A DNA stretch of 64,000 bases, from assembly GCF_018350175.1 (NCBI RefSeq), contig NC_058369.1, forward strand, positions 15,874,001-15,938,000, written 5' to 3'. The notes beneath the pieces are model-generated. The model saw only the letters and a program-made list of their open reading frames with translations. It made no database searches and was not told the DNA's origin. The DNA is from Felis catus. Its lineage: Eukaryota. Both the position numbers and the translations under genes were made by a program. This document shows, piece by piece, positions 12,446 through 24,409 of this stretch (within the stretch, counting starts at the first letter, position 1; each line of letters starts with the position of its first letter).

Positions 12446-12657
12446 TTTTTTTTTCAACGTTTATTTATTTTTGGGACAGAGAGAGACAGAGCATGAACGG
12501 GCGAGGGGCAGAGAGAGAGGGAGACACAGAATCGGAAACAGGCTCCAGGCTCTGAGCCGTCAGCCCAGAGCCCGACGCGGGGCTCGAACTCCCGGACCGC
12601 GAGATCGTGACCTGGCTGAAGTCGGACGCTTAACCGACTGCGCCACCCAGGCGCCCC
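12446..12657 (-). mobile_element. Young feline CanSINE inserted in an L1 poly(A) tail
   Basis: Near-consensus body, flanked by TATTATTTTT on both sides. Confidence 0.93.
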
Positions 12658-12659
12658 AT

Positions 12660-12860
12660 ATTATTTTTTAAATATAATTTATTGTCAAATTGGCTTCCAT
12701 ACAACACCCAGTGCTCATCCCAACAGGTGCCCTCCTCAATGCCCATCACCCACTTTCCCCTCTCCCCCACCCCCACCCCCATCAACCCTCAGTTTGTTCT
12801 CTGTATTTAAGAGTCTCTTGTGGTTTGCCTCTCTCCCTCTCTGTTTGTAACTATTATTTT
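12660..12860 (-). mobile_element. 5'-truncated feline L1 3' end
   Basis: ATTGTCAAATTGG..CAACACCCAGTGCTCATCCC..CCCTCAGTTTGTTCTC. Degenerate 18-bp TSD TAAGTCT(A/G)TG(T/A)TTCATTT at 12407-12424 and 12861-12878. Confidence 0.88.
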
Positions 12861-13869
12861 TAAGTCTGTGATTCATTTGAATTAATCTTTTCTTGGTGTG
12901 AGATGAGGGTCTAAGTTCATTTTTTTTTTTTTTTGCAGGCACATACTGTTTTATGATGAAACATTTTTTCCTACATTAATGTTGATGTCAGCTTAATATT
13001 CCATTTCACAAACGTACTATCAACACTGGGATCCTGGTTAAGTGTTTACAACTGTCCTTCAGAACAAGCCCCGATTTGTAGCATTCGCCAATTTCCCTGG
13101 TGCAAATATCCCGGACCACCTCCAATTTCAAGGTACCGATGTTACATAAGTCATCATGGAATTGGGAGATCACACAGTTGGTTTTTGGAGACTGTTACAA
13201 GCTGGCTGTAGCATCTTACTGGTCATTTTGTTGTTGTTGTTGTTGTTTGTTTGCCCCTCTGTTTGTCCTCAGTGTACAAAAGGTGTTTCCTCAAAGCAGG
13301 GAGAAGCTATTATATCCACTGCTTTAAATGAATGCTGGCCCTCCAGGGCCTTTCTAGTTCTCCCTCCTCATGAGCAGGGCTGTGGACAACGTCCTTGCAG
13401 CCTTTCCGTGGTCACATTTAGTGACGCCCGTCGTTACTTACTTTCGGGACAGCGCAGCCTTGCTTCCTGGAGACGGTGCAGCAAATCGAGTTTTGACAAA
13501 ACAGGAGAAGTACATAGCTGCTTGAACTCTGCAGTTCGACAAAGACACGCATTCAAAATTCAAATTACGGCGGGGACTTCTCCTTTTTAGTCTTCCTCTT
13601 GGGAACCAAATATTGAGTTAAACAAATGCCGCAGGGCAAAATAGCTGTGTGGACAAGCCCCCGGGGTGAGGTCAAGTGTGAACGTTACAATGTGTCAGCT
13701 TCCTGAAGGTATCTGGGCGTCAGAGTAGTGGGAGGAAATGGCTGGAGTGTAACACCGTTTCAGACAAAATGCACCAAAGCTTTCTTCGGAGGCAAACTTG
13801 AAAGAAGGGCTAATAAAATGAGGGGTTCGCCCCGGGAGGGGACGCCTTCCATAGTTGTTAAACATTGTT

Positions 13870-14070
13870 GGGGCGCCTGGGTGGCGCAGTCGGTTAAGCG
13901 TCCGACTTCAACCAGGTCACGATCTCGCGGTCCGGGAGTTCGAGCCCTGCGTCGGGCTCTGGGCTGATGGCTCAGAGCCTGGAGCCTGTTTCCGATTCTG
14001 TGTCTTCCTCTCTCTCTGCCCCTCCCCCGTTCATGCTCTGTCTCTCTTTGTCCCAAAAATAAATAAACGT
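13870..14070 (+). mobile_element. Young feline CanSINE without an A tail
   Basis: Near-consensus body. Direct repeat GTTAAACATTGTT at 13857-13869 and 14069-14081. Confidence 0.93.
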
Positions 14071-15759
14071 TAAACATTGTTTGCCAAGTGCTTAGCTGCA
14101 GTGGGCATTTTCATTAATGGAATTCAAGTCTCTCCACCCTCTCATCAAGCCAAAGAAGTATCTCGTTTCCATGAGTGTTTCTCTTATTACTATTGTGATT
14201 AGTACGTTAATGGCTATTGTGTCCCTTCTGTACCTGTCTACACTTCCGTTCATTTGATAAAACAGTTGGGCGCGCGGAACAGCTGTGGGATAGGAAAATC
14301 CCGATGGTTTTCCTATTGATTTCTAAGATTGCCTTATGTATTACAGGCGTTGACTTTTGGCCACTTTGTCTTAATTTGTAGTTTTAGTGGGTTTGTGTTG
14401 TTGTTGTTTGGCATGACATCTTTGTATTGCCCACTTTGTAATGGGTGTTGATGTACAACGCAGGCACATTTCCCCTCAGTAGAATTCTTTTCTTTTTTGA
14501 AATTTGCTTAGAATGTCTCACCTGGTTTCTCCAAGTGAGTTTTAGATTTGCTGAATTAAGGGCCGAGGCAAAATGCTCTGGAGGTTGAACACAAGCTGCA
14601 AAGTAATTTGGTGCTGGCCTTCCAAGTCTGTGCTCAAAATCAACTCATCGGGCGTACTTTCCCCCATTGAACTGACTACCTTATGTGGCTCCTGCCCCAT
14701 CCTGGCACATGGAAGGCTCCAGTGCCCATGGGCGTGGCAAGTGTTTCTCCCAGTGGTCTACATACCCCAGGTCTCTGGCTCAAGGAGCTTGTCCTGAATG
14801 CAGGGATGGATGAATGGGTGAGTGGGTAGTGCCATTTGGGATGAATAAACACATAAACGGATAAATGAAATTTACTAGCATTTACTACTTTTCCCCTTTC
14901 ACTTACAAGGAAGGGCCAGGTAGCAAAAGAGACTTACAGCGTTTCTATAATTTAGTTGTGTCTGAAACTTATGTTGATGGCTTCAGAACATCTCATAGCT
15001 CCAGGCTTCCAGGGTCCCTGTGCTTTAAGTGATCCCAAAGCCTTGGCCCAAGGCAAGCAAGCCCACCCACCCATGGCAGGGGGACGATGGAGATGCTCCA
15101 GGGGGGTGGGGGCAGGGTAACAGGTGTGAGGCTAAAGCTGGAGGGAAACTCTAGTTAAGCAAGTGCTCCCTACCATGGGGCATGGCAGGGGGATGGAGGT
15201 AACCTGAATAACCCTCTCCTGCTTCCAGGAGGCACAGTGCCCAGGGGTGGAGACAGAACGAGAGCCCTACCAGCTCTCCTTAGACATGACCCTTGTTCCT
15301 TTACTGCCATCCAGGTATCAGTCTTTACACCGTTCTTGAACTCCTGCCACAGAAAGAAGGAATGGGAAATGTAGGACGAGAATAAATATCGGACAACTTC
15401 AGAGCAGGAGAACCCTACCGCGTCCAAATTCTTGCACAACACAGAGATTCGATTGCACCGAACCGCGGCTGAACAGAGTGACAGCCACGGACTTCAAAAT
15501 CACTTTTCGTTCTTCATAATTTTACCCAGCAAATGTCATGGTAGAAGGTGCTCGTGATGGCACTGAGTTCAGAGTGCCTGACTGAGAGGAGGAATGAGTG
15601 GGACAGGGAAGGAAACGTAGAAGGCAGCCAATATCAGGGTGTCTATTCACCCCTGCCGATATAGAGTCCACTACATGTGGAAAAATCAAAATCCATTCCG
15701 TCTGGTCGGCGTTTCTCAAGCTTTAGTTATTAGAATCACCCTTTTAATAATAATCCCAT

Positions 15760-17510
15760 CTGACAACAGCGGGATACATAATCCTCTTAAGGTTACATGA
15801 AACATTCCCCAGGACAGACCATATGTTAGGCCACAAAACAAGTCTTAGCAAATGCGACAAGACTGAAATCATACCAAGTATCTTCTCAGACCACAATGGC
15901 ATGAAACTAGAAGTCAGCAACAAGAAGAAAGCTACACAAATCCCAAACATAGGGAAATTAAACAACACCCTTCTGAACATTTGATGAACCAAAGAAGAAA
16001 TGAAAGGGGGAGATACAAAAGTTCCCCGGGACAAACAAAAATGAAAACAACATACCAGAACTTATTGGATATTACACATAAAAGGATGAAACTGAACCCG
16101 TGTCTTATACCGCTCACAAAAATTAACTCAAAATGGATTAAAGACTTCCATATTAGACCTGAAACATGAAACCCCTAGAGGAAAACACCGGAATAGAGCT
16201 CCTTGACATGGGTCTTGATAATGATTTTTTTTTGAGTGTGATACCTTAAGCATAGGCAACAAAATAAAAAATAATCAAGTGCGTCCACATCAAACTAAAA
16301 AGATTCTGCACAGCAGAAGAAACTATCAACAAAGTGAAAGGACAGGCTTTGGAATGGAAAAAAAAATTTGCCAACCATATGTCCGATAAGGGGTTAATAT
16401 CCCAAATGGGTAAATAACTCGTGGAACTCAATCACAAACAAAACAAAACAAAACAAAAAAACAAGCTGAAACAAACAAAAACAACAAACAACAAGTAACC
16501 CAAATAAAAAATGGGCAAAGTACCTGAATAGGTATTTCTCCAAAGAAGATGGACACAAGGCCAACAGGTATATGAAAAGATGCTCACTTGTCATCACTTG
16601 TCATCGGGGAGATGCAAATTCAAGTCACAATGAGGTATCACCTCACACCTGTTTTAAAGACCGTCCTCGAAAAGACAAAGAGGTAACAAATGCCGGTGTG
16701 GATGTGGACAAAGAGAACACTTGTGCACTGTTGAGATTGTAAATGGGAAGAGCCATTATAGACAACAGTATGGGGTTTCCTCAAAGAACTAAAAATAGAA
16801 GTATCCCCTGATCCAGCAATTCCGCTCCTCAGAGTATGTCCAAAGGAAATGAGAGCACTCACTTGAAAAGATATCTGCGCCTCCGTGTTCAGAGCAGCGT
16901 TATTTATAATAGCCACAGCATGGAAACCACGTTAAGTGTCCATCGGTGGATGAATGGATAAAGAATATATATATACACAACGGGATATTATTCAGCCATT
17001 AAAAACAAGGAAATCCTACCATGTGTGCCAACCTGGATGGACCTTGAAGGCATTATGCCAAGTGAAATAAGTCAGAGAAAGACAAATACTCTGTGATCTC
17101 ATCTGTATGTGGGTGGGATCTAAAAACACAACAGCAACAACAAACTCACAGAAAATGAGACAAGATCTGTAGTCACCAGAGGCAGAGGGTGGAGGAGAGA
17201 GAATTGGAGGAAAGGGGTCAGAAGGTACAAACCTGCAAAGGATTAGTAAGTCCTAGGGACGTGATGTGTGACCTGATGACCGCAGACAACGCTGCCGTGT
17301 GATATATAGGAAAGGTGTTCAGAGAGGAGTTCTCATCACGAGGAGAAAAACTTTTTCCTCTTTTCTTCTTCTTCTTCTTTTTAATTGTAAACGAGGAGGC
17401 AGATGTTAGCTGAACCTATGGTGGTGAGCATCTCCCAATATACGTAAATCAAAGCAGCATGCTGTGTGCCTTAAACATGTAGAGTGATTATATGTTGACT
17501 GGGGGAAATC
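15760..17510 (+). mobile_element. Old L1 (endonuclease remnant joined to ORF2 C-terminus and 3' UTR)
   Basis: GACCATATGTTAGGCCACAAAACAAGTC, TCAGACCACAATGG, then KINSKWIKD and CACAATGAGGTATCACCTCACACCTGTT. Confidence 0.9.
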
Positions 17511-17542
17511 CTTAGAATAGGACTTCTGCTTTTGGTCACTCC

Positions 17543-17736
17543 ATTTTTTTAATGTTTATTTATTTATTTAGAGAGGAGGGGAGGGGCTGAGAGAGGGGGA
17601 GGGCAAGAATCCCAGGCAGGCTCCACACTGTCAGCACAGAGCCCCGATGCAGGGCTCAAGCCCACAGACCGTGAGATCATGACCTGAGCTGAGATCAAGA
17701 GTCAGATGCTTAGCCGACTGAGCCACCCAGGTGCCT
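17543..17736 (-). mobile_element. CanSINE
   Basis: Antisense body flanked by TTTTGGTCA(C/T)TCCATTTT direct repeats. Confidence 0.9.
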
Positions 17737-17754
17737 CTTTTGGTCATTCCATTT

Positions 17755-18560
17755 TGTTTTCACTCATCTGTTGATGGAGACTTGTGATGTTTCTATGCCT
17801 CGGCTATTGGGGAAAGTGCTGCCGTGACCACGGCAATACAGACATCTCTTTGAGATAATGATTTTATTTCCTTTGGATATGTACCCCGAAGTGGGATTGC
17901 TGGATCAAATGGAAGCTCTATCTTTTGTTTCTTGAGGAACCTGCTTTTTTTTTAAAAACAAAAGATTCATTTATTATTTCTGAGAGAGAGAGAGTGCGCG
18001 GGCACGCACACACAAGCGGGGGAGGGGCAGAGAGAGAGGGAGACACGGGATCCGAAGCGGGCTCCAGGCTCCGAGCCGTCAGCACAGAGCCCGACGTGGG
18101 GCTCGAACTCACCAACTGCCAGATCGTGACCTGAGCCGAAGTCGGACGCTCAAGCCACTGAGCTGACATTCCCACCACCGGAGTACAGGGTTCCCTATCC
18201 CCCATGTTATCGCCAGCATTTGTTCTCTTGTCTTTTTGATAATAGACATTCTAACAGGTGTGAGGTGATATTTCACTGTGGTTTCAGTTGCCATTTCCCC
18301 GATGAGGAGTGATGTTGAGCACCTTGTCACGTGTCTGTTGGCTATTTGTGTATCTTCTTTGGGAAAATGTCTATGCAGGTCTTTCGCTTCTTTTTAAACT
18401 GGATTATTTGTTATTTTGGCTGCTGAGTTGTACGAGTTCCTCGTATGTGTTGGATGTGAACCCCTTATGGATAGGTGGCTTACAAATATTTTCTCCTATC
18501 CCATAGATTGCCTTTTTCCTTTGTCGATGGTTGCTTGGACTGTGCAGAATCTGACACCTT
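17755..18560 (-). mobile_element. Old L1 ORF2 3' part with a SINE at about 17945-18165
   Basis: GTGGGATTGCTGGATCA and ATTCTAACAGGTGTGAGGTGATAT; minus-strand peptide KYHLTPVRMSIIKK. Confidence 0.88.
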
Positions 18561-18564
18561 ATGG

Positions 18565-19400
18565 GCCACAAAAGTAAGAAAGGGCTCAAAGACTGATGGG
18601 AAGAGAAGCAAAAGACATCGGATGTGGCTGGACGGGCTCCCACTGGATAGATCTGGGACTATTTGTATAGCAAAACAAGAAAGGTAATATCAGATTGTAT
18701 CCCACTGAACAAAAACGGAATCCGTGAGGTCATGATGATATAAATAAAGAAATGAATAAATACGTAAGTGGAGGAGAAAAGGTGCCTTTTCTATATAGTG
18801 AAATGCCAACTAATAATAGACATTTATTGATAAATAAGTACCATATACTTCACAGTGGAGAAACCTGGTGGAAGCTTTCTAAATCAAGTGGTGAAGTTCA
18901 ACATCCTCGGTGAGGGGGCAGGGTGGCCCCACGTGACTTCCGATATGATGCCCCGAGCACACGTTATCTCACGTCTCACTTCTGGGAGATTCCTGCTCCA
19001 GTGGCATAACCAGAATCGAATCATCAGGAAACATCAGGAAACCCACAACAAGGAACCATCTGCAGGGTGACTGTAGCGTTCAAAATGCCGTGGTCAGCAA
19101 AGACAAGAAAGGTCTGACGAACGGGTAGAAAGCCATCACCGCTAAGTAAACAGTGATTCTAGACCCTGGGACTCTGAAGGACAATATTTGCAAAGCGGGC
19201 AAAATCGGAAAGAGGGTTACAGCTGCCATGATGATATTGTGTGAGTCAGGTGAGCTTCCTGTTTTGGTGATGTGGGAGAGCATCCTTGTCACTGGTAAAA
19301 TCATTCTGAGGGACGAAAAGCTGACAAGGCATCATATTTGCGACCTGCCCTCAAATGGTCCTGAAAAATAGTACGTTTATATACATCGATCCGCCTATCT

Positions 19401-19438
<38 letters not shown>

Positions 19439-19560
19439 AGGGAGAGAGAGAATGACGAATTAAAACAAACGTAAAATGCCGACAGCTGGGGAATCTGGAT
19501 GAGGAATGTGGGAGTTCTTTGTGCTATTCTGGCCACCTTTCCGAAGGATGAAATGGTAGA
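18565..19560 (+). mobile_element. L1MC-like 3' UTR
   Basis: CAGTGGAGAAACCTGG..AAGTGGTGAAGTTCAACATC..GGAGTTCTTTGTGCTATTCT L1MC-type 3' end. Confidence 0.7.
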
Positions 19561-19699
19561 AACAGCAATAACATGGAGGCGGGGCTTGACTGGCATGCCC
19601 AGGAGCAAGGGGGGGGGGCAGGAAGAGAAGGGACTGGAAGGGCTAGAGGTGCCGTGAGTAACTGAGGAGGGGCACCATCAGGGGGTGTTAGATTTCTTA

Positions 19700-19948
19700 T
19701 CTGAGACTTGGAGAAAGATCACCCAAGAAACGGACTCCAAACCAGAGAGAACAAACCGATGGTGACCGGAGGGCAGGTGGCGGTGGGGGGAGGGATGGGT
19801 GAAATAGGCGATGGGGATGAAGGAGGGCACTTGTCGTGATGAGTAACACGTGATGTATGGCAGTGCCGAATGACGCCATCGTACTCCAGAATCTAATATT
19901 GCACTGTATGTCAACTAACTGGAATTAACGTAAAAAGTTAAAAAAAAA
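19700..19948 (+). mobile_element. Carnivore L1 3' end
   Basis: GAGAACAAACCGATGG..GGCACTTGTCGTGATGAG..CACTGTATGTCAACTAACTGGAATT. Confidence 0.82.
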
Positions 19949-20150
19949 TTTTCTAATGTTTAGTTTTGAGAGACAGAGAGAGAGAGAGAGAGAGCAGGGG
20001 AGGGGCAGAGAGAGAGGGAGACACAGAATCCGAAGCAGGCTCCAGGTTCTGAGCTGTCAGCCCAGAGCCCGACGCGGGGCTCAAACCCATAAACTGCGAG
20101 ATCACGAGCCGAAGTTGGACGCTTAACCAACTGAGCCACCCAGGCGCCCC
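19949..20150 (-). mobile_element. CanSINE inserted in the L1 tail
   Basis: Antisense SINE body. Confidence 0.9.
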
Positions 20151-20562
20151 TAAAATAAAAACTTAAAGGAAAAAATAGAGATCAACCTGCTTTCCTTGCT
20201 TTGTTTCATTTAATCCTCCAAACAGCCCCGTGGGGGTAGACGCTAGGCTTATCCTCACTTTATACAGAAATGGGGGGTTTCAGAGATTCATCCATTCAAC
20301 CAGCATTTACTGAGTTCTTGCTATGGTCCAATTTTACCGCGGCTACACGAAACAATGTTAAGCGTGATTGCGCGTGTGTGTGTACATTTAGGAAACAATC
20401 CAGGAAGGAGATGCACTTCAACATTAATGCGCTAAGAGAGGCTGTCTGTAGGCAGTGGGTCCAAGTGCTTCCGTTTTCTTCTTTGGCCTTTCTAGATGTT
20501 TCCAGTTTTCTGCAGTGCACATCACTGCCTTGGTGACACGTCAAAAAAACTAGTCTTATTTC

Positions 20563-20783
20563 TTTTTTTTTTTTTAATTTTTTTTTTAACGTTTATTTAT
20601 TTTTGAGACAGAGAGAGACACAGCACGAACGGGGGAGGGGCAGAGAGAGAGGGAGACACAGAATCGGAAGCAGGCTCCAAGCCATCAGCCCAGAGCCCGA
20701 CGCGGGGCTCGAACTCGCGGACCGCGAGATCGTGACCTGAGCTGAAGTCGGACGCTTAACCGACTGAGCCACCCAGGCTCCCC
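20563..20783 (-). mobile_element. CanSINE with 17-bp TSD
   Basis: TSD AAAAC(T/A)AGTCTTATTTC at 20546-20562 and 20784-20800. Confidence 0.93.
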
Positions 20784-21240
20784 AAAACAAGTCTTATTTC
20801 AAAGATGGAACTGGAGGATGTTGGAATGACAACATTTCTCACTGTGATATTTTTGCGATCAAGTACGGTTTTCGATGCAGTCTCATTTTACCAAGGTGGC
20901 AGACAAATGTTTCTTAATTCTGTTCTGCCTCCTTCTCTCCACACTGCAGAGAGGAACCGGCAGGTGTACAAGTGGAAAGCTGACTCCTCCCTTGACTCTC
21001 AAAGCCTGGAATTCGCCATATTTTCTGTGTGGAAACGTAAGCCCAGGGCAGGGTGACCTCCTCCTCCCCAGGCAAACATTTTCCAGACCTCCATGATACC
21101 AGTCGCTTTGCATAAAGGAAGCGTGTGCACAGAGTAGGTCCCTGATTGAAGGGACAACACTAGGGTCCAAAAAAAGAGTGGCTGGCCCGATGGCGTCACT
21201 GTGTCGCCAGGTGGGACACCCATTTACTCAGGGTACTGTC

Positions 21241-21556
21241 TTTTATTTTTATTTTCTAATGTTTATTTTTTTTTTTAATTTTTTTTTCAACGTTTTATTT
21301 TATTTTTGGGACAGAGAGAGACAGAGCATGAACAGGGGAAGGGCAGAGAGAGAGGGAGACACAGAATCGGAAACAGGCTCCAGGCTCTGAGCCATCAGCC
21401 CAGAGCCCGACGCGGGGCTCGAACTCACGGACCGCGAGATCGTGACCTGGCTGAAGTCGGACGCTTAACCGACTGCGCCACCCAGGCGCCCCCCAATTTT
21501 TTTTTATTTATTTAGTATTTTTGAGAAACAGAGCCTGAGCAGGGGAGGGGCAGAGA
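21241..21556 (-). mobile_element. Young CanSINE (about 21262-21492) nested in the tail of a 5'-truncated older SINE
   Basis: Full near-consensus body plus a 3'-only SINE fragment (21497-21556) abutting the CCR1 3' UTR. Confidence 0.88.
21503..21512 (-). terminator. Candidate CCR1 poly(A) signals (overlapping AATAAA) inside a SINE tail
   Basis: First AATAAA hexamers on the minus strand after the stop codon (21507-21512 and 21503-21508), about 640 nt downstream. Confidence 0.55.
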
Positions 21557-22148
21557 TCTCAGTTCTACTGTCAACAGCAGTTCCCCAATCCTATTTCCCC
21601 GCCAGGGCTCTGCCTGTCCCACCCTGAGTTCTCTGTTCCTCGGGGTTTCCAAGCACCTAAGCCCTGCAGCGGTCAGGAGGGGGAGGGGAGGGGAGGGGAA
21701 GGTGGGGAGGGGCTGCTGGCTGCTGATTGGCTCTCCCCTCGGAGCGAAGTCAGCAGCGGAAATCACTGCTTCCAAGTTCACTGGTGGTGGGAGCAGGGGC
21801 AGGGGCTGCCTGGGGTCAAGGGGCTCTGTTTACAAATGCTAATGCTCACGAATCTGAAATCCTGTCTGGGCCCAAGGCCTTCACAGGTAAACTCGGTCCG
21901 GTCTTCTGGAATGTCCCATTTGGCTCATTCGTCTCCTTCCCACCAGGGAGAAGTTCTTGGAGAAGGTTCAAGGCCCGGAGGGAACTCAGCCCGCACCGCC
22001 TTTAAACTCGCTCACCCCCACGTGGCTGCACATTCCGTGGTGGTCACGTGTCCGGATCTGGCCACGAGCCCCAACCTGCCTGGGCTCGGGTCGGCGCGCC
22101 TGGCAGGTCACCCCGGCTGGGTCCCGCATCGGCCCCCAGGGGCCCGAG

Positions 22149-23231
22149 TCAGAACCCCGCAGAGAGTTCTTGCTCCGCCGTGGAGGGCGACATCGAGCTG
22201 GTCCTCTCCAGCCTCTCCGCGGAGAGGAAGGGGAGCCATTTGGCCAGGCGCGTGGCCAGGACCCCGTGGAACAGCTGGCGCAGGTACCTGCGGAACCTCT
22301 CTCCCACGAAGGCGTAGATGACGGGGTTGACGCAGCAGTGCGTGTAGGCGATCACCTCCGTCACCTGCATGGCCACGTCCAGCTGTTTGCTCTGCCGACA
22401 CTCGTCGGTGAAAAGGGTGTCTTGGAAGGCAGAGACCAGCATGGCCAGGTTGTAAGGGGTCCAGAAGAGAAAGAAGACGATCATGATGACGAAAATCAGG
22501 CGGACGGCTTTGGCCTTCTTCTCGTTGGGTCGCCTGAGCAGAATCCTTACGATCTCCGTGTAGCAGACGATCATGACCAGCAGAGGCAACACCAGCCCCA
22601 ACGTGTTCAGCTTTAGAGCCTGGAACCGTTTCCAGGCTTTTAGGTTTTCGTGAGGGAAGTGGAGGCTGCAGGTGATATGGGAGAACTCCCGCTGGGTCTT
22701 GGAAAAGTAGAAGCCCGGGACGGAGGCCGAGACGGCCAGGCTCCAGGCCGCGGCGCTGCTGAGGACGCCGAAGAGGACGGTGCGCACCCGCAGGGCGAAC
22801 ACGGCGTGGACGATGGCCAGGTACCTGTCCACCGTCAGCAGGATGATGAAAAAGATCTCGCTGTACAAGCCTATGTAATAAAGCCCCGAGAGCAGCTTGC
22901 AGGTGCCGTCGCTGAAAATCCAGTCATCCTTCAGCTTGTAGTCGATCCAAAAGGGCAGCGTGAAGAGGAAAAGGAGGTCAGAGACGGCCAGGTTGAGGAG
23001 GTAGATGCTGGTCATACTCTTGAGCCTCTTGTGCTGCACCAGGACCAAGAGCACCAGGACGTTGCCCACCAGGCCGACGACGAACACCAGCGAGTACAGG
23101 GGGGGCAGCAGCTGGGCCCCGAAGGCCCTCTCCTCCCCCTTCTGGCACGGGGTTATGCCCTCGTAGTCATATTCTGTCGTCACGTCCAAGTTCTCTGTAG
23201 GGACTGTGATTTCCGTGCTGGCCTCTGTCAT
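22149..23231 (-). CDS. CCR1: C-C chemokine receptor type 1 (7TM class A GPCR), 360 aa, intronless CDS
   Basis: Translation has [79 protein letters not shown] and C-terminal ELSAGF, as in known CCR1. The ORF-track start at 23288 is a TTG upstream of the splice acceptor; the first ATG is 23231 (MTEASTEIT...). Confidence 0.97.
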   Translation of the reverse strand: MTEASTEITVPTENLDVTTEYDYEGITPCQKGEERAFGAQLLPPLYSLVFVVGLVGNVLVLLVLVQHKRLKSMTSIYLLNLAVSDLLFLFTLPFWIDYKLKDDWIFSDGTCKLLSGLYYIGLYSEIFFIILLTVDRYLAIVHAVFALRVRTVLFGVLSSAAAWSLAVSASVPGFYFSKTQREFSHITCSLHFPHENLKAWKRFQALKLNTLGLVLPLLVMIVCYTEIVRILLRRPNEKKAKAVRLIFVIMIVFFLFWTPYNLAMLVSAFQDTLFTDECRQSKQLDVAMQVTEVIAYTHCCVNPVIYAFVGERFRRYLRQLFHGVLATRLAKWLPFLSAERLERTSSMSPSTAEQELSAGF

Positions 23232-23310
23232 CCTGGAGCGAGTCTCCGTTTTCTCTGCCGTCAGAGGGCGGCGGGCCCTGGACAACAAAGACGAGGCAGG
23301 GATGATTAGA
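23232..23310 (-). other. CCR1: CCR1 intron 3' splice region and exon 2 5' UTR
   Basis: Minus strand TTCTAAT (branch-like) + CATCCCTGCCTCGTCTTTGTTGTCCAG|G, exon start 23277. A second candidate acceptor CTCGCTCCAG|GATG would start the exon at 23232. Confidence 0.7.
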
Positions 23311-24409
23311 AGCCTTCAACCACCTGACCGCTGTTTTACTGAGTGCCTACTGTGTACCAGACCCCGGGACGCAGCACGGAGTAAGGGGGACCCGGGTCGA
23401 CTCTGCCGTGGTGGAACCTGGAGCCTAACGGGGTCGGGGCGGGGGGTGGGGGGGTAGGCGGTAAATAAATGAGCGCACGAGTGGTTCATTCCATCGCTTT
23501 GACGGTCAGTGTCGTGCGGGAAAAGTCTGGTGGCTGGAGACAGAGCGCAGACGGAGGGAGGTCTCGCCCCACTGCTCCTAACCGGTGCTTCCCGCGATCT
23601 TGGCATTGGACTCAGTGCTAGGCAACCCCTCGCCCCCAAGCAGGTGCCTCTGTTGTCCCCCTGTCTGGAGGTGATGATGCGGACGTTCAAAGCGGGAAGG
23701 ACACGTATTTATGAGAACGAACGGTGGAGTTCAAACTCGGGCGTGAGTGGCTCTCACGCCCCTTCCCGAAATCACTGGGGCTCCTGCCTCCAATCTCAGA
23801 GCAATGATTTTGTGCCTTGGGGTCCCCAGAAGGATGCTGAGAGTCCAAAACTTACAGAGGGATTTTCATGGCTCCGGGGGCCTAAAAGGTTCTTAGTCAG
23901 GGGTGACATAGCACCCCGGGGGCACATGAAAATGTGTGGCCTTTTTTTTTTTTTTTCCGAGGGGGGGGGTGGTGCCCCGGAGACGAGGGATGCTGCTGTC
24001 TGGCCATTCGTTAGGCAGGGCCAAGGATGTCCTGCCACGCAAAAATTATCCTACCCACAGCGCTGCCATAGTGAAATTCTAGAAGGCCAGCTCCATCCCT
24101 TAGTGGATGAGGACGCAGAGTGGGTCAGCCTGGCTCATGTCATACAGCCCAGATGTGGCACAGGCGGGTCTACAGGCAACTTCGTAGACAACCTGTGAGA
24201 GCCATGAGGAAGATTCAGAGGAAAGTACAGTCTGGCTCTGAGATATTTGCACCCAGGGTTGTCTTGAAACAAACAAAAACACAGAACAGCCACTGGATCG
24301 CTTGCCTTCGTGGGACTTCCCCCAGTTCCTGATGGTCAGCAGGCTCTTTCAGTCTGTTCCAATCACTTCCTGAAGACACTTCCCCAAAGGGAGCATGGAC
24401 GGGCTTTGG

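Larger units (their letters stand above)
11440..12940 (-). mobile_element. Old L1 ORF2 3' part, interrupted by a feline L1 3' end and a SINE
   Basis: Minus-strand peptides KYLGVNLTKEVKDLY, IPMALFTE and DLNMRPDTVKLLEEN are L1 ORF2-like. Confidence 0.9.

Noticed and set aside
23232..23288. 19-aa N-terminal extension of CCR1 in the ORF track
   Set aside because: It starts at a TTG inside the intron polypyrimidine tract.
21957..23309. Two 219-aa plus-strand ORFs antisense to CCR1
   Set aside because: Same codon-bias shadow. Their similarity to the CCR3 antisense ORF only reflects CCR1/CCR3 paralogy.
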